A stretch of DNA of 63,995 nt, the filler included, from Hausera hauseri (Eukaryota): the NCBI GenBank assembly GCA_046269625.1. It is 12 parts of 12 records of this genome, joined end to end, with 100 filler letters (N's around TTAATTAATTAA, not from the genome) between each part and the next. Parts side by side here need not be neighbours in the genome. Positions count along the whole stretch, not along the records: positions 1 to 5,148 come from JBJURY010322384.1; positions 5,249 to 11,525 come from JBJURY010117987.1; 10 more parts are not named here. The stretch is one strand, 5' to 3'. A program made the position numbers and the translations under genes. Positions 1-11,421 of the stretch are shown piece after piece (positions within the stretch are counted from its first letter, which is position 1; the number at the start of each line of letters is the position of its first letter). Under the pieces are notes generated by a model, which saw only the letters and a list, made by a program, of their open reading frames with translations, did not search any database and had not been told where the DNA came from.

Positions 1-205
1 AATATACTTCATAATCCATCATAAAATCTTGTATGTCCTCTTTCCCTGAGAACTTCTTCATAGGTAAGGTTAAATCAGCCTTTGACTGGATCACCTGCTC
101 CTCAGATATTCTAGTCCAAAGAGCTCGTCTTCTTCTGGTTGGTAAACTGTTCCTCTTCTTGTGGTAATGGTGATACTTTCTTAATCCAAAGGTCCTCAGA
201 TAATG
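1..205 (-). pseudogene. 5' part of gag of an LTR retrotransposon, cut by the contig end
   Basis: Minus strand directly after the PBS reads ...LTLPMKKFSGKEDIQDFMMDYEVY, resembling the Gypsy gag N-terminal F.G motif. Confidence 0.55.
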
Positions 206-224
206 ATCCCGGGTCACGGCACCA
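206..224 (-). promoter_or_regulatory. Primer-binding site complementary to tRNA-His
   Basis: Minus strand TGGTGCCGTGACCCGGGAT, 3 nt after ...GAACA. Close to the canonical His PBS TGGTGCCGTGACTCGGAT. Confidence 0.8.
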
Positions 225-227
225 GTT

Positions 228-573
228 TGTTCAATCCTCACTAAGTAGACTAAGGGTAAACGTTTAATTTCGTAAATGCCAATTAATGGGGAGAACAATT
301 TTTACTGATGTATTTCAATGTTGGAGTATCGTGTATCTGACCTAAGTAATAGTAGTTAATGCGTGTCAAGCCCGTAAATATTTTACACGTTATTTACTAT
401 GGTTGAATATCTTATTACTTTATTTAATATTAATTGGGCGGTCGTCAGGTAGGGTTAACCTGGTCGACCAATTATCCAACTTAGAATGCGTTTATTTATT
501 TACGTTAGTTACTCACAATTTTATAAATTCAAATACAAGAATAAGATCTATTTGATATAAATGGAGATTAACA
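228..573 (-). repeat. Putative LTR (~346 bp)
   Basis: Minus strand starts TGTTAATC and ends GATTGAACA (imperfect inverted ends), contains TATAAA and AATAAA, and abuts the PBS. The 5' boundary is uncertain because the PPT is weak. Confidence 0.45.
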
Positions 574-1105
574 TATTCTTCAAAACCATAAAAACAATGA
601 ATACTCATGTGATGTCATATAATAAAATGATCGCTGATTAACAACAAAAAAACTTCTGAAAATTATTCGTTATGATACCGTTTATATAGTCGTTGGGTAT
701 ACGTATAAAACTAAGTAAAGAGTAACACAATAGCAATTTGTCATGAATAAAGCACAAGTGAGAGAGAAATAATAAATGTTCATATAACAAAGACCAAAAT
801 AAAATGTTTGTTAATTCATTAGAATTGTTACAATGAATAATTAATTTGTTCAGGTGAATTCGACAGAGTTATTCAAGTGCGTCTTTTGAATAATTTATGC
901 ATCATGTGATTGTTCACAATCATTTCATTGTTCTCAGAAATCATTTTATTGTTTTCATTGTTCGCAGACTAACAGACTCGACGGGGGTTTAAAGAATTTG
1001 ACCCCAAATTTATTAGTTGTTTGGGAGAGGCATATGGACGAATTTATCTGTTGTCCGTGATTTGTAGTGAATATATTCCGGTTTGAATACTTCATCGTAA
1101 TGGTT

Positions 1106-1645
1106 TCATCCACCTGGAGATGTCGTTGGTGCTGTTCGCACCCCTTCGGAAGCCGCATTCTTAGTTATTAATTCATCAGTCCATTTCACTTGTTTGTACA
1201 ACGATTGGTAACACTGCACTAAGGCAGTACTACAAAGAGGAAACTTTTTTGTATCGTAGAATTTTCTGGCTAACTCTTTGAAAGTGCCCGTCACTAGCTG
1301 ATACTGACGAATAATTTCCTCATGATTAAGAATGTCATGGATTCCGGCCAGCCGCCTGATTGGGCATTTGAAATGATTTACTACCATTTCCATGACGTCG
1401 GCTCCAATTGCGATCTTGTCCGTCAATATTTCAGCAACCTTGCGATAAAAATCCGGTGGATCCATCTGATAATTGATATTGGCTTCCATAAGGCCCGTTA
1501 TGTACGTATCAAAGTTGTTGATACCCTGTCTTGGGGTGATTATGCCATATAGTAACGTGTCCCGGTGCAAAGTCATGATCGATGCCTCGATGGGTTGGAG
1601 TTGATTCCAATGGTCATAGGCCAAATTTACGGCCGCTCTGACCAT
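1106..1645 (-). CDS. Accessory ORF of unknown function inside the LTR element (179 aa)
   Basis: ATG-started ORF between integrase and LTR, co-oriented with pol. No family recognised. Confidence 0.5.
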   Translation of the reverse strand: MVRAAVNLAYDHWNQLQPIEASIMTLHRDTLLYGIITPRQGINNFDTYITGLMEANINYQMDPPDFYRKVAEILTDKIAIGADVMEMVVNHFKCPIRRLAGIHDILNHEEIIRQYQLVTGTFKELARKFYDTKKFPLCSTALVQCYQSLYKQVKWTDELITKNAASEGVRTAPTTSPGG

Positions 1646-1779
1646 ATCATTATCTGTTATTTTATCGATTCTTTGGAAAGTGATACTTTTATTTTTAACA
1701 TAATCCGGTTCTGGAAGATTAAAGCATCTTCCTTCGGGGAGGCTTGGGCGAAATTTTCCATTCTTTATTATTTTTATGG

Positions 1780-2277
1780 CTAAGATGATTCGGTTAGTGC
1801 GGGAACGGACTTTAAATGTGTTTGCGTTAAGAAACGTATGGTCAAAGAGAGACCATGTTCTGCGTCCAGATTGATAAGATCTCCTTTTACTGATGTTTTC
1901 TTATCGGAGGTTTTAACTTGCAGTTGACCAGTAACACAATAGAGATTCATAGAATGAAATCGTTCCGGTAGGATCAGTATGTCTGAGAGATAGAAGGAGG
2001 TAGCCTTTGAGATTTGCATAAGGGCAAGCGAACGATTGGCCATGCTGTAGCCTTTTAAGTTATTCGGGATTTGTTGTGTCTGTGGATAATTGAGACTGAT
2101 CATGGTATCATTGTAGACCATATGATATTGTTTGGATGGGTTTTCGTTTATAATATGGTTCTTAGCATTGTTATACCAATGATTTGATCAATTAATCGTC
2201 TGGATTGGATGGAACGTTGATGAAGATACTGTAAAAAACAAAGTCAATGTGATTACATACACGATATTTAACTTCAT
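1780..2277 (-). pseudogene. Disrupted accessory ORF with signal peptide
   Basis: ATG at 2277 gives MKLNIVYVITLTLFFTVSSS, then a stop/frameshift into the 113-aa ORF 2121-1780. Confidence 0.4.
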
Positions 2278-2496
2278 CACAATGGTTATCATACACATCA
2301 CTACGGTAATCGTTGTGGTTAATATGGGATGAACATTTCGATTACAGGTAACCAGGTGCTGTTTAGTTATCTCAGTTCTTAGGGTTGCATTGATAGCAAT
2401 CCCGATATCTAATTATCAGCTGGGATTTTCTGTATCTAGCGGATTCGTTAGATCACGCATGTTAATTCTAAACAAGCTTCTGCTCCGTTTACACCG

Positions 2497-3219
2497 CTAG
2501 TGTACGATTCTAGTTACTATTATTGCTATTAATATCAACGCAATGGGCACTAAGGATCCGATTAATATCATTTCTAGACGAAAATGTTTATACGCGGCTC
2601 GGAAGGGTTTGCTAGTTGCTTTGGTACTAATTGTGATTTTATAATTTAATTCCCTTCTATGACTCTTCTTTGTAATTGCGGACATTACCTTGGTAGAGGC
2701 CACCTTATCATTATCATCTATCAATTGTAGGATCACCTTATATCTTTTGTCAGAATCTAAGGTTGCAGGGGGCACCACCGAATCATCCGGTGTTATTACT
2801 CCATTCGCTATTATTGTATCTTGTTTTTTACAGGTGAATCTAATTTTCACAAAATATAAATCTTGTCTAACAGATACAATTAAAGCGGTAGGGGTTGCTA
2901 TAAGGGTTACGTTATCCCATATAGAGCGCTTTTGACGATAATAGGATGCGTAGAGTTTAATCAGTATAGTTGTCTCTTTTTTATCAGTCCAGGAATGCAC
3001 CGCTGGTGTCGTAATCCTTTTCTGTATGTCCTCATATTCTTTTTGATTTTTATGTCTTATAAACATCGTTGGTCCTTTTCGCTCTAATGGATATCTAAAT
3101 TTACCATTTCTTCTTCGAAACAGAAGATAGCGAACATGATATATTTTTCCTCGTGTAACTATAGAACAAAATCGTTGTTGTTTACATTTTATTCTGCAGA
3201 CTCTAACTTCCGGCTTCAT
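2497..3219 (-). CDS. Accessory ORF with C-terminal transmembrane helix (240 aa)
   Basis: Basic protein ending MILIGSLVPIALILIAIIVTRIVH, downstream of integrase. Confidence 0.5.
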   Translation of the reverse strand: MKPEVRVCRIKCKQQRFCSIVTRGKIYHVRYLLFRRRNGKFRYPLERKGPTMFIRHKNQKEYEDIQKRITTPAVHSWTDKKETTILIKLYASYYRQKRSIWDNVTLIATPTALIVSVRQDLYFVKIRFTCKKQDTIIANGVITPDDSVVPPATLDSDKRYKVILQLIDDNDKVASTKVMSAITKKSHRRELNYKITISTKATSKPFRAAYKHFRLEMILIGSLVPIALILIAIIVTRIVH

Positions 3220-3904
3220 TGTTCCTGCAAGTTTATTGTTATTCGTCGACTATCTTTCAATTGTATCATTGTTATTATCTCAATACAGCTTCTTCCGCTC
3301 TTAAATCCCATTGGTCTTGCTATCATTTGGTTGAGTATTATTTCATCTAATTGGGTTTCATTCATTTGTTGCCTAGTTGGCATCACTACTGATCTATAAA
3401 ATGTTGTTTTCTGGCTTTTATAGTAGTCTCCCTGTCTTTTTATAAGTGTTAGGTATATGTAATTGACACCTAAACCTTGTACCCTACACTGTGTTTGATT
3501 GGTATCTGAGTGAAATAAACAGTTATATTGTCGCTTGTTTGGGTCTCTTTTATTATCATACTATGGTATTATTTGTATCCCCATTGTATATGTTGGAGAC
3601 ATTTGTTCTGGCATTTTCCAGTTCATCACTTTCTGACCTTTTCTGAGTAAGTTATCCTATAATGTAAATTTTTCATTAACATGTCTTCTTTTATAGCTAT
3701 TGCGTGTCGTATTTTGGCTCGTTCGATCTCTTTATTCGTCATCTGTCTGATCACTCTGGGGAATAACAAGACGATGCTTAATAGTAGGTACTGCATTAGC
3801 AAGTGATATCTGTTGGTTGGACTTACCTTGTTTACTTTATTACTAATACTCAGTACTACTTCTTTTTCGCCTTTTTTTAACTCACTTAGCTTGGTCGCTG
3901 GCTT

Positions 3905-5148
3905 TCATCTATTAACATGAACCTTCAAAGATGCATTGTTCTTCTTCAAACAGATATTTGGTAGATTCACTCTCTCTCCCTCGTAAGGCCCTTTATATGG
4001 CCTGTCCAACTTGGATGTTTTACTCTTCTTAATTGCTGGTGAGTATAGCATTACATGGTCACCTGTTTTAATTTTTGGCTGTTTGGTTTTCTTGTCGTAG
4101 TACTTTTTATATTTTTGTTTATAATTCTTTTGGTTATCACTAATCATTTTGTACGCTAACTGGAGGCGCTCCTGCATTAACTGTTTATAATCCTCTATTT
4201 CCATTATGTGCGAAACCGGTTTTACATTAAAGTCTAAATCAATCGGTAATTTTGCACCTTGAAAATACATTAGGTAGAAGGGTGTCTCTTTGGTAGCTTC
4301 ATGAACTGATGTCCGATTTACGAAGACACATGCACTGATATATACATCCCAATCGTCTTGTCTAGTATTGACTACCGTTTGTAATTTTCCTTTTAAATCT
4401 CCAGTGTATCTCTTGACCATTCCGTTATTTTCTGGGTGTTCCTGTGTTGATCGTAGTTTTAATATCTTCAAAATATCGTATATGGACTGCATTACAGTTC
4501 CGGTTAAATATGACGCTTGATTCGTCAAGAGGATTCTCCGGGCTCCATAATTCAATACCATATTTTCCACAAATTTCTCGGCGATTGTGTCTGCCTTCAT
4601 ATCAGCCATTGGTAGGGCCACAACCCATCTAGTGAAGTAGTCAATAAAGACTAGGATATATCGATTTCCATTTCGGGTTAATGGTAGTGGCCTTGTTATG
4701 TCCATTGCAGTAAACTCAAATGGTGCTGGGGGTTATTCCATACTTTAAGGGGTGCTTTGTATTTTCTTCCAGTGCTGTTCCGGGTAGCACATAATTTGCA
4801 ACTATCGCACCATTCCTGAACATGTTTCGTTATGGTCTGCCAAAAGTATTTTCGTTTCAACTTATTAAGCGTTTTATTAGCTGATTGGTGTCCACCAAGT
4901 AGTCCGTCGTGGTACTGAGTTAACAGAACTGCTCTGTTTTTCTAGGAAATAACCAAGGCAGGTCCTTTTTGATGAATAAAGTATAAAAATACTTCTTTCT
5001 ACTCATAAGCATCACCGAATCTGGCCAGATGATAATTTAGTTCTTTATCAGCTGGTATGACTTTGTCCTTTATGTATTTTCTAATAGCACTTATTTCAAC
5101 ATCCACATTTTGGTTTAACTTAATTTTCTATACGGATCCATCCATGCT
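3905..5148 (-). mobile_element. Ty3/Gypsy integrase, inactivated
   Basis: HHCC region (HDGLLGGH...WCDSCKLC, ~4790-4915), core MDIT..GNRYILVFIDYFTRW and GPY motif. The second D and the E of DDE are replaced (LTNQAS, GMVKR); frameshifts present. Confidence 0.92.
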
Positions 5149-5248
5149 NNNNNNNNNNNNNNNNNNNNNNNNNNNNNNNNNNNNNNNNNNNNTTAATTAA
5201 TTAANNNNNNNNNNNNNNNNNNNNNNNNNNNNNNNNNNNNNNNNNNNN
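5149..5248. other. Artificial contig-joining spacer (first of 11)
   Basis: N44-TTAATTAATTAA-N44, giving stops in all six frames. Same spacer at 11526-11625, 15895-15994, 21687-21786, 25971-26070, 32966-33065, 39877-39976, 44217-44316, 49867-49966, 54376-54475 and 59943-60042. Confidence 0.98.
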
Positions 5249-5326
5249 ATTTTAATTATTTTTGTGTTTGAAATACATTTACCTACTTGCTTTGAGTGTT
5301 TCTTTATTTTTATATGAGCTGCCTAT

Positions 5327-6190
5327 TTATGAATTCTTCATACATTTAAGTAAATTGAAATAATCGAACAAATAGTCATTTTTATTCAAATACTTCTCTG
5401 TAAACAATATTTTTTGTAATGTACTGGTCTCTGGTAATTGAATTTTGAGCGAACGAATTGATTTTGCTCTGGACAATGCCACATACAACTGTCCAATGTA
5501 CATAAATGGGCATATCCAATTGAATACCAACATTTTCAAAAGTTTGTCTTTCAGGTTTGTTAATGGTCATAACAAACGACAATCGATTTGGATATTGTTT
5601 CCTTTGAAATTTGAAAGGAAACGGGTCATCAGTTGGTTTCAACTTGATTTTGGACAGTAATACACTCTTTCCCACAAACTTCCGCTGACAATTTCACAGT
5701 CAATTATATTTGGAAGAATTGGGATAATTTTAAGGAGAACTCCTTATATCCAAATTCCTCAACAACATAAAAAAGCGCCAACTTCAGGCGTAATTCGTGA
5801 AGAGGTAATCCACTGCTAGGAATTCCGTTGGATGCTAAGTTGGATCTTCCCCGAGTTCGCAAATGATTTGGTCAATACTTTTGACAACCACTAAATACCC
5901 AAGCAGCTTATGAATGATTCAGTTATTCAATTCGTGCACCTTGTTATTCGTAGCACAAAGAATAACTTTTGAATGCAGCTGATTCATTTAAATTGGTTCA
6001 ATCGAATCACCAAATATCTCTGTTGTCAATGAGTTTTTCAAAATGCATTTAAATGGAATGGAAACATTTTGCTCATTTCTAATGTGCGTTCCATTTCTCA
6101 CCTCTAAAAGCCAATCAACAAAAGCTACTTCATTTGAATTCGCACGCATATTCTGAGACAATGAAAGTGTATTAAGTTGCAGAAATTCTT
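5327..6190 (-). mobile_element. Helitron-type PIF1 helicase C-terminal remnant
   Basis: FKFQRKQYP.RLSFVMTINK..RQTF, GQLYVALSR, TKNIVYREV, plus upstream LSQNMRA. Frameshifted. Confidence 0.85.
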
Positions 6191-6198
6191 AATTCGTA

Positions 6199-7675
6199 TG
6201 CTTCATGAGGTTGTAAAAATAACGTGGACATCTTCTGCTATATATGTGACAGTTATGTTGTTAACAAGCAGCGAAAGAACTTTGCCGATTTTGTGAAGCA
6301 AGCGTATAAGGCGTATTTTGGAATTAAGCTCGGAGATCAGGACAAATTATGGGCTCCGCATAAAGTGTGTCCGACTTGTGTGGAAGCATTGACACTTTTG
6401 ATAAAAGGAAAACCGTTTGATATTACTATGGTGTGGCGTGAGTCTAGAAACCAGAGCGATGATTGCTACTTTGCTCATGTGATTTGATAGAATATAATTC
6501 CAGAAACAAAGGGAACATATTATATCCGGATCTGCCCTCTGCAAGAAAATCTGTGCCTGATGGACTTGATCTACTCTTTCCGGTTCCTCCTAGTTCTTTT
6601 GAAGCAAATTTTTCAGATGAAGTAGGTGAAAAAAGTTCCGTTGATGATGACGAATACCAATCGGAATTGAAAACGAATAAATCACAGCTCTATAATCAAA
6701 TTGAATGACTTGGTGAAAGAACTGAAATTGACAAAAGACAGGGTAGAGCTACTTAGCTGTAGATTACACGTAAAGTATTTACCGGCTTCAGGCACAACAT
6801 ACTCATGGAATCGATATTGTCAAGAAGTATTTCTGTATTATTTTGAAGCAGAAGTTGACATGATATTCTGTTGTAATGTTCATAAACTTGTGTGCCATTT
6901 AAGAAGCCGTGGAATCGACTACAATACTGGCGACTGAAGATTGTTTTTAATGAATATCGATCCGTTTCAATAGCATACTCAACTCGCCTAGAGGAAACGT
7001 CCAAAATCTCCAATGTGTTTTGAACAAGATCAGGTACACGGAATTTATCTGGACGATATGTGGAGACCACAAAGTCATCTGAATGCTGCTTGATCAACAG
7101 AAAGACTGCATAAAAATTCAATGCTTCATGTGTGAGTGGAACAGGATGGTCAGAAATCAACACTGAGAGAAGAAAAATGGGTTACATCGACAAAACTTGA
7201 AATTTGGATCTAAAACATTGTTGATACAAGTTTACTTGATCCAGATCTAGTCTTAGTTGCACCACCGCACATCCAATTAAGTCTGTTTAAGCCGTTTGTT
7301 AAGACCCTAGACAATGAAGGAAATTGCTTCAAATACATTCGCAACAAATTTCCATCAGTAGGCATGAAAAAGTGAAAGAAGGAGTATTTGTTTGCCCACA
7401 AATTCGGAAGCTACTATTCGAAGATAAGTTTGAAAGAACAATGAAGTCCGCTGAGCACAAACCTTGGTTTCTTTTGAAGGTGTCATTGACAATTTCCTTA
7501 GGAATTATTGACACAAAGATTACAGAGTGTATGTTCAAACCATGCTGCGAGACTATCATGAGCTAGGATGCAACATGATTCTGAAAGTACATTTCCTCCA
7601 CTCACACATGAATTTTTTCCCGAGAACATTGGAGATGTCAGTGAGGAACAAGGAGAAAGATTTCACTAGGACATT
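6199..7675 (+). mobile_element. Decayed DNA transposase, probably CMC/Chapaev3-like
   Basis: FCYIC..AYKAYFGIKLGDQDKLWAPHKVC, WRE.RN..DDCYFC, and C-terminal GCNM.LKVHFLHSH..FFPENIGDVSEEQGERFH. Many stops and frameshifts. Superfamily assignment is from memory. Confidence 0.7.
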
Positions 7676-7944
7676 GTGGTTCTCACATTAACCCACCCAA
7701 AAGGAAGAAAAATTATTATTATGAAAAAAAAGTTGTTTAAATATTACGTTGTTGTTTTGCCAATAAAGTCAAAATTTTGTTCGCGTTCTTGTGACATTAT
7801 GTTATCTGATTTCGACTCGAATTTTCTTAATGTGTGAGTCTTTTGTAAAAGCTTTTGTGAAAACTTTTTTAATAGAAATTATTAGGATTTTTATGACTAA
7901 TTCCTCCAACCAAAATTTGGATATTTTGAATCTCCTTGTAAAAC

Positions 7945-10900
7945 ATGATCGAAGTGAAAGAAAATTTTAATCAAAACAATTCTGATATCTGTTTGTCGAA
8001 TGATTATGATAACGAACCGAGTGATGACCTAAAAGACGTTGACGTATCGGATGACGTTGCAGACAAAGCATTGTATTTGATCGGTGATGATAAAAGCAAG
8101 TCGCTAACACCGCATTCGTCGAAGGGTGATCGGACGAATGAGGGTAACAACGACGGATACGAGTACGATAGCGATGAAACTGACGAAACCGAGTCGGAGT
8201 CTGAATTTTCTACGGAGGATGATGAAGAATCATCGGATGAAAATGACATAGACCCGTCAAATAGTTCGATAATGGAGGAGCGGTGGAAGCAATTGGAAAA
8301 ATACGGCGTATCTGACGATGGACCACTGTATCATGCGATGGCCACCCCAATCAATCTATCGGCGAACTCATCCAGTGCTCCACCGGGGGACTACCCGCTA
8401 ATGGCGGACGACCCATATCTAATGGGGCTGGGTGGCGGCAACGCATTGAACATGTCCATGCGTCACTTGTCCCAGATCCAGACGAAACAGTCGACGAAAT
8501 GTTCGCTCGATAACGAATACCACATGTTACCGTGTGGTCAGAAAATGCAACAAACCTGTCGATTACCACCGGCCAACATGCATTTTGACTATGCGAAACA
8601 TTCACGTCATTCGATTGGTCCGCCGCAGTCGTTCGGCGACTTGCGTTCGCAATTCCATCTGAACATGATGATGAATGCACAAGCAGCTGCATCGAACGGA
8701 CCAACTGGTGAACTACCGAATCACGACGAATGGCACGGTCCAATCGGTCATCTCCACCATCCGCACCACCACCATCATCATCATCAGGATTTCCGTTGTA
8801 CGTACTGTAACAAATGTTACACCAATCAATCGTCATTACGTAGCCATTTGAAAAAGCACATGAACATCGAAGAAAAGAAATTCAAATGCGACAAATGTTC
8901 GTATTCATCGCAATACCAAAAAAACCTTCTCAAACACATCCACATCAACCATGCGGAAATCAACGCCGACGACCAATGTCGGTGTGATGTTTGCGATCGG
9001 TTTTTTGCCAGTGAATTTCTATTGAAAGATCATTTGAAAATGCACACATCGGACAATACGTACGAATGTGAAAAGTGCGGCAAAAAGCTCAAAACCAAAC
9101 TCAAACTCCGTTACCATGCCGATGTACATAATCCGGAAAAGCCATACATTTGTGATATCGACGGTTGTGATCGGGCATTTCGTACGCCGAAATATTTGAA
9201 AAATCACAAAGATGAATTCCATAAATTACAACCGAAAAAGCATTTCTGTCCGGTGGAAAGTTGTAAATTAGTATTTCAACGAAAAAGCCATTTGAAACGG
9301 CACATGGCCATTCACGATACGGAAAAGAATTACCATTGCCATTGGCCGGATTGTAATCGTTCGTTTCGCACCCAGGAAACGTTGAACGTCCATCTAATTC
9401 GACACACCGGCGAAAAACCATTCAAGTGCGAACTGTGTGAGTACAGTTGTCGACAGAAAGCCTCATTAAATTATCATTGTCGGAATGCACACGCTAAAGA
9501 TTGCGACAAATTGCTGAGTATGATTTCTGCTCATCCAATGGAACCGAAATCCGTCGGAACGAGACCGGTCGGAAGACCGCCGAAAAATCGCTCGGATAAT
9601 TTTATCCGAAAATCAACTGCGAAATTTGAATTGAGTCATGATGAAAACGATAGCCGGTTAGAATCGAAAATTGAATCGGACGTTAATGGAATCATAAATA
9701 ACTTGAATAAAGATCCGACCATCATTGATATATTCAAAAAACCGGCACCGGTTGATGAAGATGATTTATTAAGGAAAGAAATCTTTTTAATTGCCGATGA
9801 TGTTTTGAACAATTCGCCAAGAGATTATGGGGATGTCGACGAATTTACGTTGGAAGAACTCTGTGCTATTGAATTATCAATCAAATCCAAACGAGGACGA
9901 AAAAGAAAAGTGTTAAAAGAATTAGACGCGCTATTAGCTCAAAGTCTGAATGAATTGAACAATGATTATATCGGCGATGACGATGATAATGATGATGGTG
10001 AAGATGACTCAAATTCGTACAAAGAAGACGAAATCGAATCTCAGTCTCCAATCGTTATCAAAAAGCCTCAATACACTCCGTCTCTAATGCACTCCGCTCC
10101 AAACGATCACACAAACACGAATTGCATTTCCACAACAGCAAACAATATTCGTTCATTGTCGACTTTTACCGATATCAATGAGGACGATATCCCTCAGGAA
10201 ATTTTGGGAAATCCACCGAACGAATCCGTAATCGATTCTTCACAATGTACCTCATTAAATTTCAATGCCCATATGAAATCGGTAAAAACTCGGTTGAATT
10301 CATTTGCATCGCTAACTGTTACACCATCAAATCATGGTGTTTCCAGTTTCGATGCGAATTATATCTTAAATAACAATCATTCCTGCGTTTCTGAAGAGCA
10401 GTCCGTTTCTCAAAGCAATTCACCAACATCCGGTCACGTCAAAGTTGAATCAGATGTTATCGATAATATAGATGAAACAAATGACAATATCGACTCCCGT
10501 TCAAGTTCAGTTCAATTGTCTGCTCAGCCCGCAAATCTTACTTGTCATAAAAGAAATATCAGATCTCCCCATACGACGACTACCAATGAATTCGTAACAA
10601 TTGATTCTGCTGACAGAAAAGATATCGCTGATTTCGATCTAAAAAGTCTAGACGATAACCCAATTCAAGGATTCCATAATTTACCGAAACAACTAGAAAA
10701 TCCATTGTCTGCTTTGAACAGTTTAGAGAATCTTAAAATGAACAAAGATCTTTTGGATCAGGTTTTAGAAGATTTAAAAATAATGCAAAATGATGAAGAC
10801 CAACGGCAGAAAACGTTCCTCAGTCCTAGCTCAGCTGCAACGATAAACAACACATTTCGAAATATATCTGAATTGAACTCAGTTCGGCCATCGTGTGTCC

Positions 10901-11421
10901 CACAATCACTTAAAGTCTCAACAAATGAATCTCAAACTCAACCAAAATCGTTAGATTCAAGTCTTTGGTCAGACAGTGGTTACTCATCGGGTCACGACAG
11001 CAGTACGGTTCATAAAGATCCAGTCAATATCAATGGTATTAATCAGTCGAAAATTCCCGATATATCCAAATTACCAACGAGCCCGGCATCAAATGCAGCA
11101 GCCGCGCTAATCGAAAAGACAGCCGCTGCTGCGGAGATGGCGGCGTTATCAGCTAGTGCAGCATTGTTGAATTCCGATCTTTACAATTATCATCAAAATA
11201 TGGGAAGTAATCGAAATTCAAGTTACAGTTCTTATCAAGGTTCAGGATCAGAATTAGCTAATGAATTGACCACAATGAGTAACATTGCCTCCAGTATGTA
11301 TAAAAATGGACTTGAAGATCATATCAGATCTCTCACGGCCTTGGGATCTAAATATATGGAAGGCAATGGATATCAAGGTTTATTTTGTACATCTGTAACA
11401 ATTTTTAAAATATTGATATAG
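7945..11421 (+). CDS. Intronless C2H2 zinc-finger protein (8 fingers), ZFP91/ZNF692-like
   Basis: 1158-aa ORF with acidic N-terminus, His tract and 8 C2H2 fingers (~8795-9492). The last finger HTGEKPFKCELCEYSCRQKASLNYH resembles the ZFP91-family CRQKASLNWH. AT-hook-like GRPPK. An extra 3' exon cannot be excluded. Confidence 0.9.
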   Translation: MIEVKENFNQNNSDICLSNDYDNEPSDDLKDVDVSDDVADKALYLIGDDKSKSLTPHSSKGDRTNEGNNDGYEYDSDETDETESESEFSTEDDEESSDENDIDPSNSSIMEERWKQLEKYGVSDDGPLYHAMATPINLSANSSSAPPGDYPLMADDPYLMGLGGGNALNMSMRHLSQIQTKQSTKCSLDNEYHMLPCGQKMQQTCRLPPANMHFDYAKHSRHSIGPPQSFGDLRSQFHLNMMMNAQAAASNGPTGELPNHDEWHGPIGHLHHPHHHHHHHQDFRCTYCNKCYTNQSSLRSHLKKHMNIEEKKFKCDKCSYSSQYQKNLLKHIHINHAEINADDQCRCDVCDRFFASEFLLKDHLKMHTSDNTYECEKCGKKLKTKLKLRYHADVHNPEKPYICDIDGCDRAFRTPKYLKNHKDEFHKLQPKKHFCPVESCKLVFQRKSHLKRHMAIHDTEKNYHCHWPDCNRSFRTQETLNVHLIRHTGEKPFKCELCEYSCRQKASLNYHCRNAHAKDCDKLLSMISAHPMEPKSVGTRPVGRPPKNRSDNFIRKSTAKFELSHDENDSRLESKIESDVNGIINNLNKDPTIIDIFKKPAPVDEDDLLRKEIFLIADDVLNNSPRDYGDVDEFTLEELCAIELSIKSKRGRKRKVLKELDALLAQSLNELNNDYIGDDDDNDDGEDDSNSYKEDEIESQSPIVIKKPQYTPSLMHSAPNDHTNTNCISTTANNIRSLSTFTDINEDDIPQEILGNPPNESVIDSSQCTSLNFNAHMKSVKTRLNSFASLTVTPSNHGVSSFDANYILNNNHSCVSEEQSVSQSNSPTSGHVKVESDVIDNIDETNDNIDSRSSSVQLSAQPANLTCHKRNIRSPHTTTTNEFVTIDSADRKDIADFDLKSLDDNPIQGFHNLPKQLENPLSALNSLENLKMNKDLLDQVLEDLKIMQNDEDQRQKTFLSPSSAATINNTFRNISELNSVRPSCVPQSLKVSTNESQTQPKSLDSSLWSDSGYSSGHDSSTVHKDPVNINGINQSKIPDISKLPTSPASNAAAALIEKTAAAAEMAALSASAALLNSDLYNYHQNMGSNRNSSYSSYQGSGSELANELTTMSNIASSMYKNGLEDHIRSLTALGSKYMEGNGYQGLFCTSVTIFKILI

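Noticed and set aside
5193-5204. Recurrent palindrome TTAATTAATTAA inside N runs
   Set aside because: Artificial six-frame-stop linker. Adjacency across spacers has no biological meaning, and ORFs running into the X stretches are artefacts.
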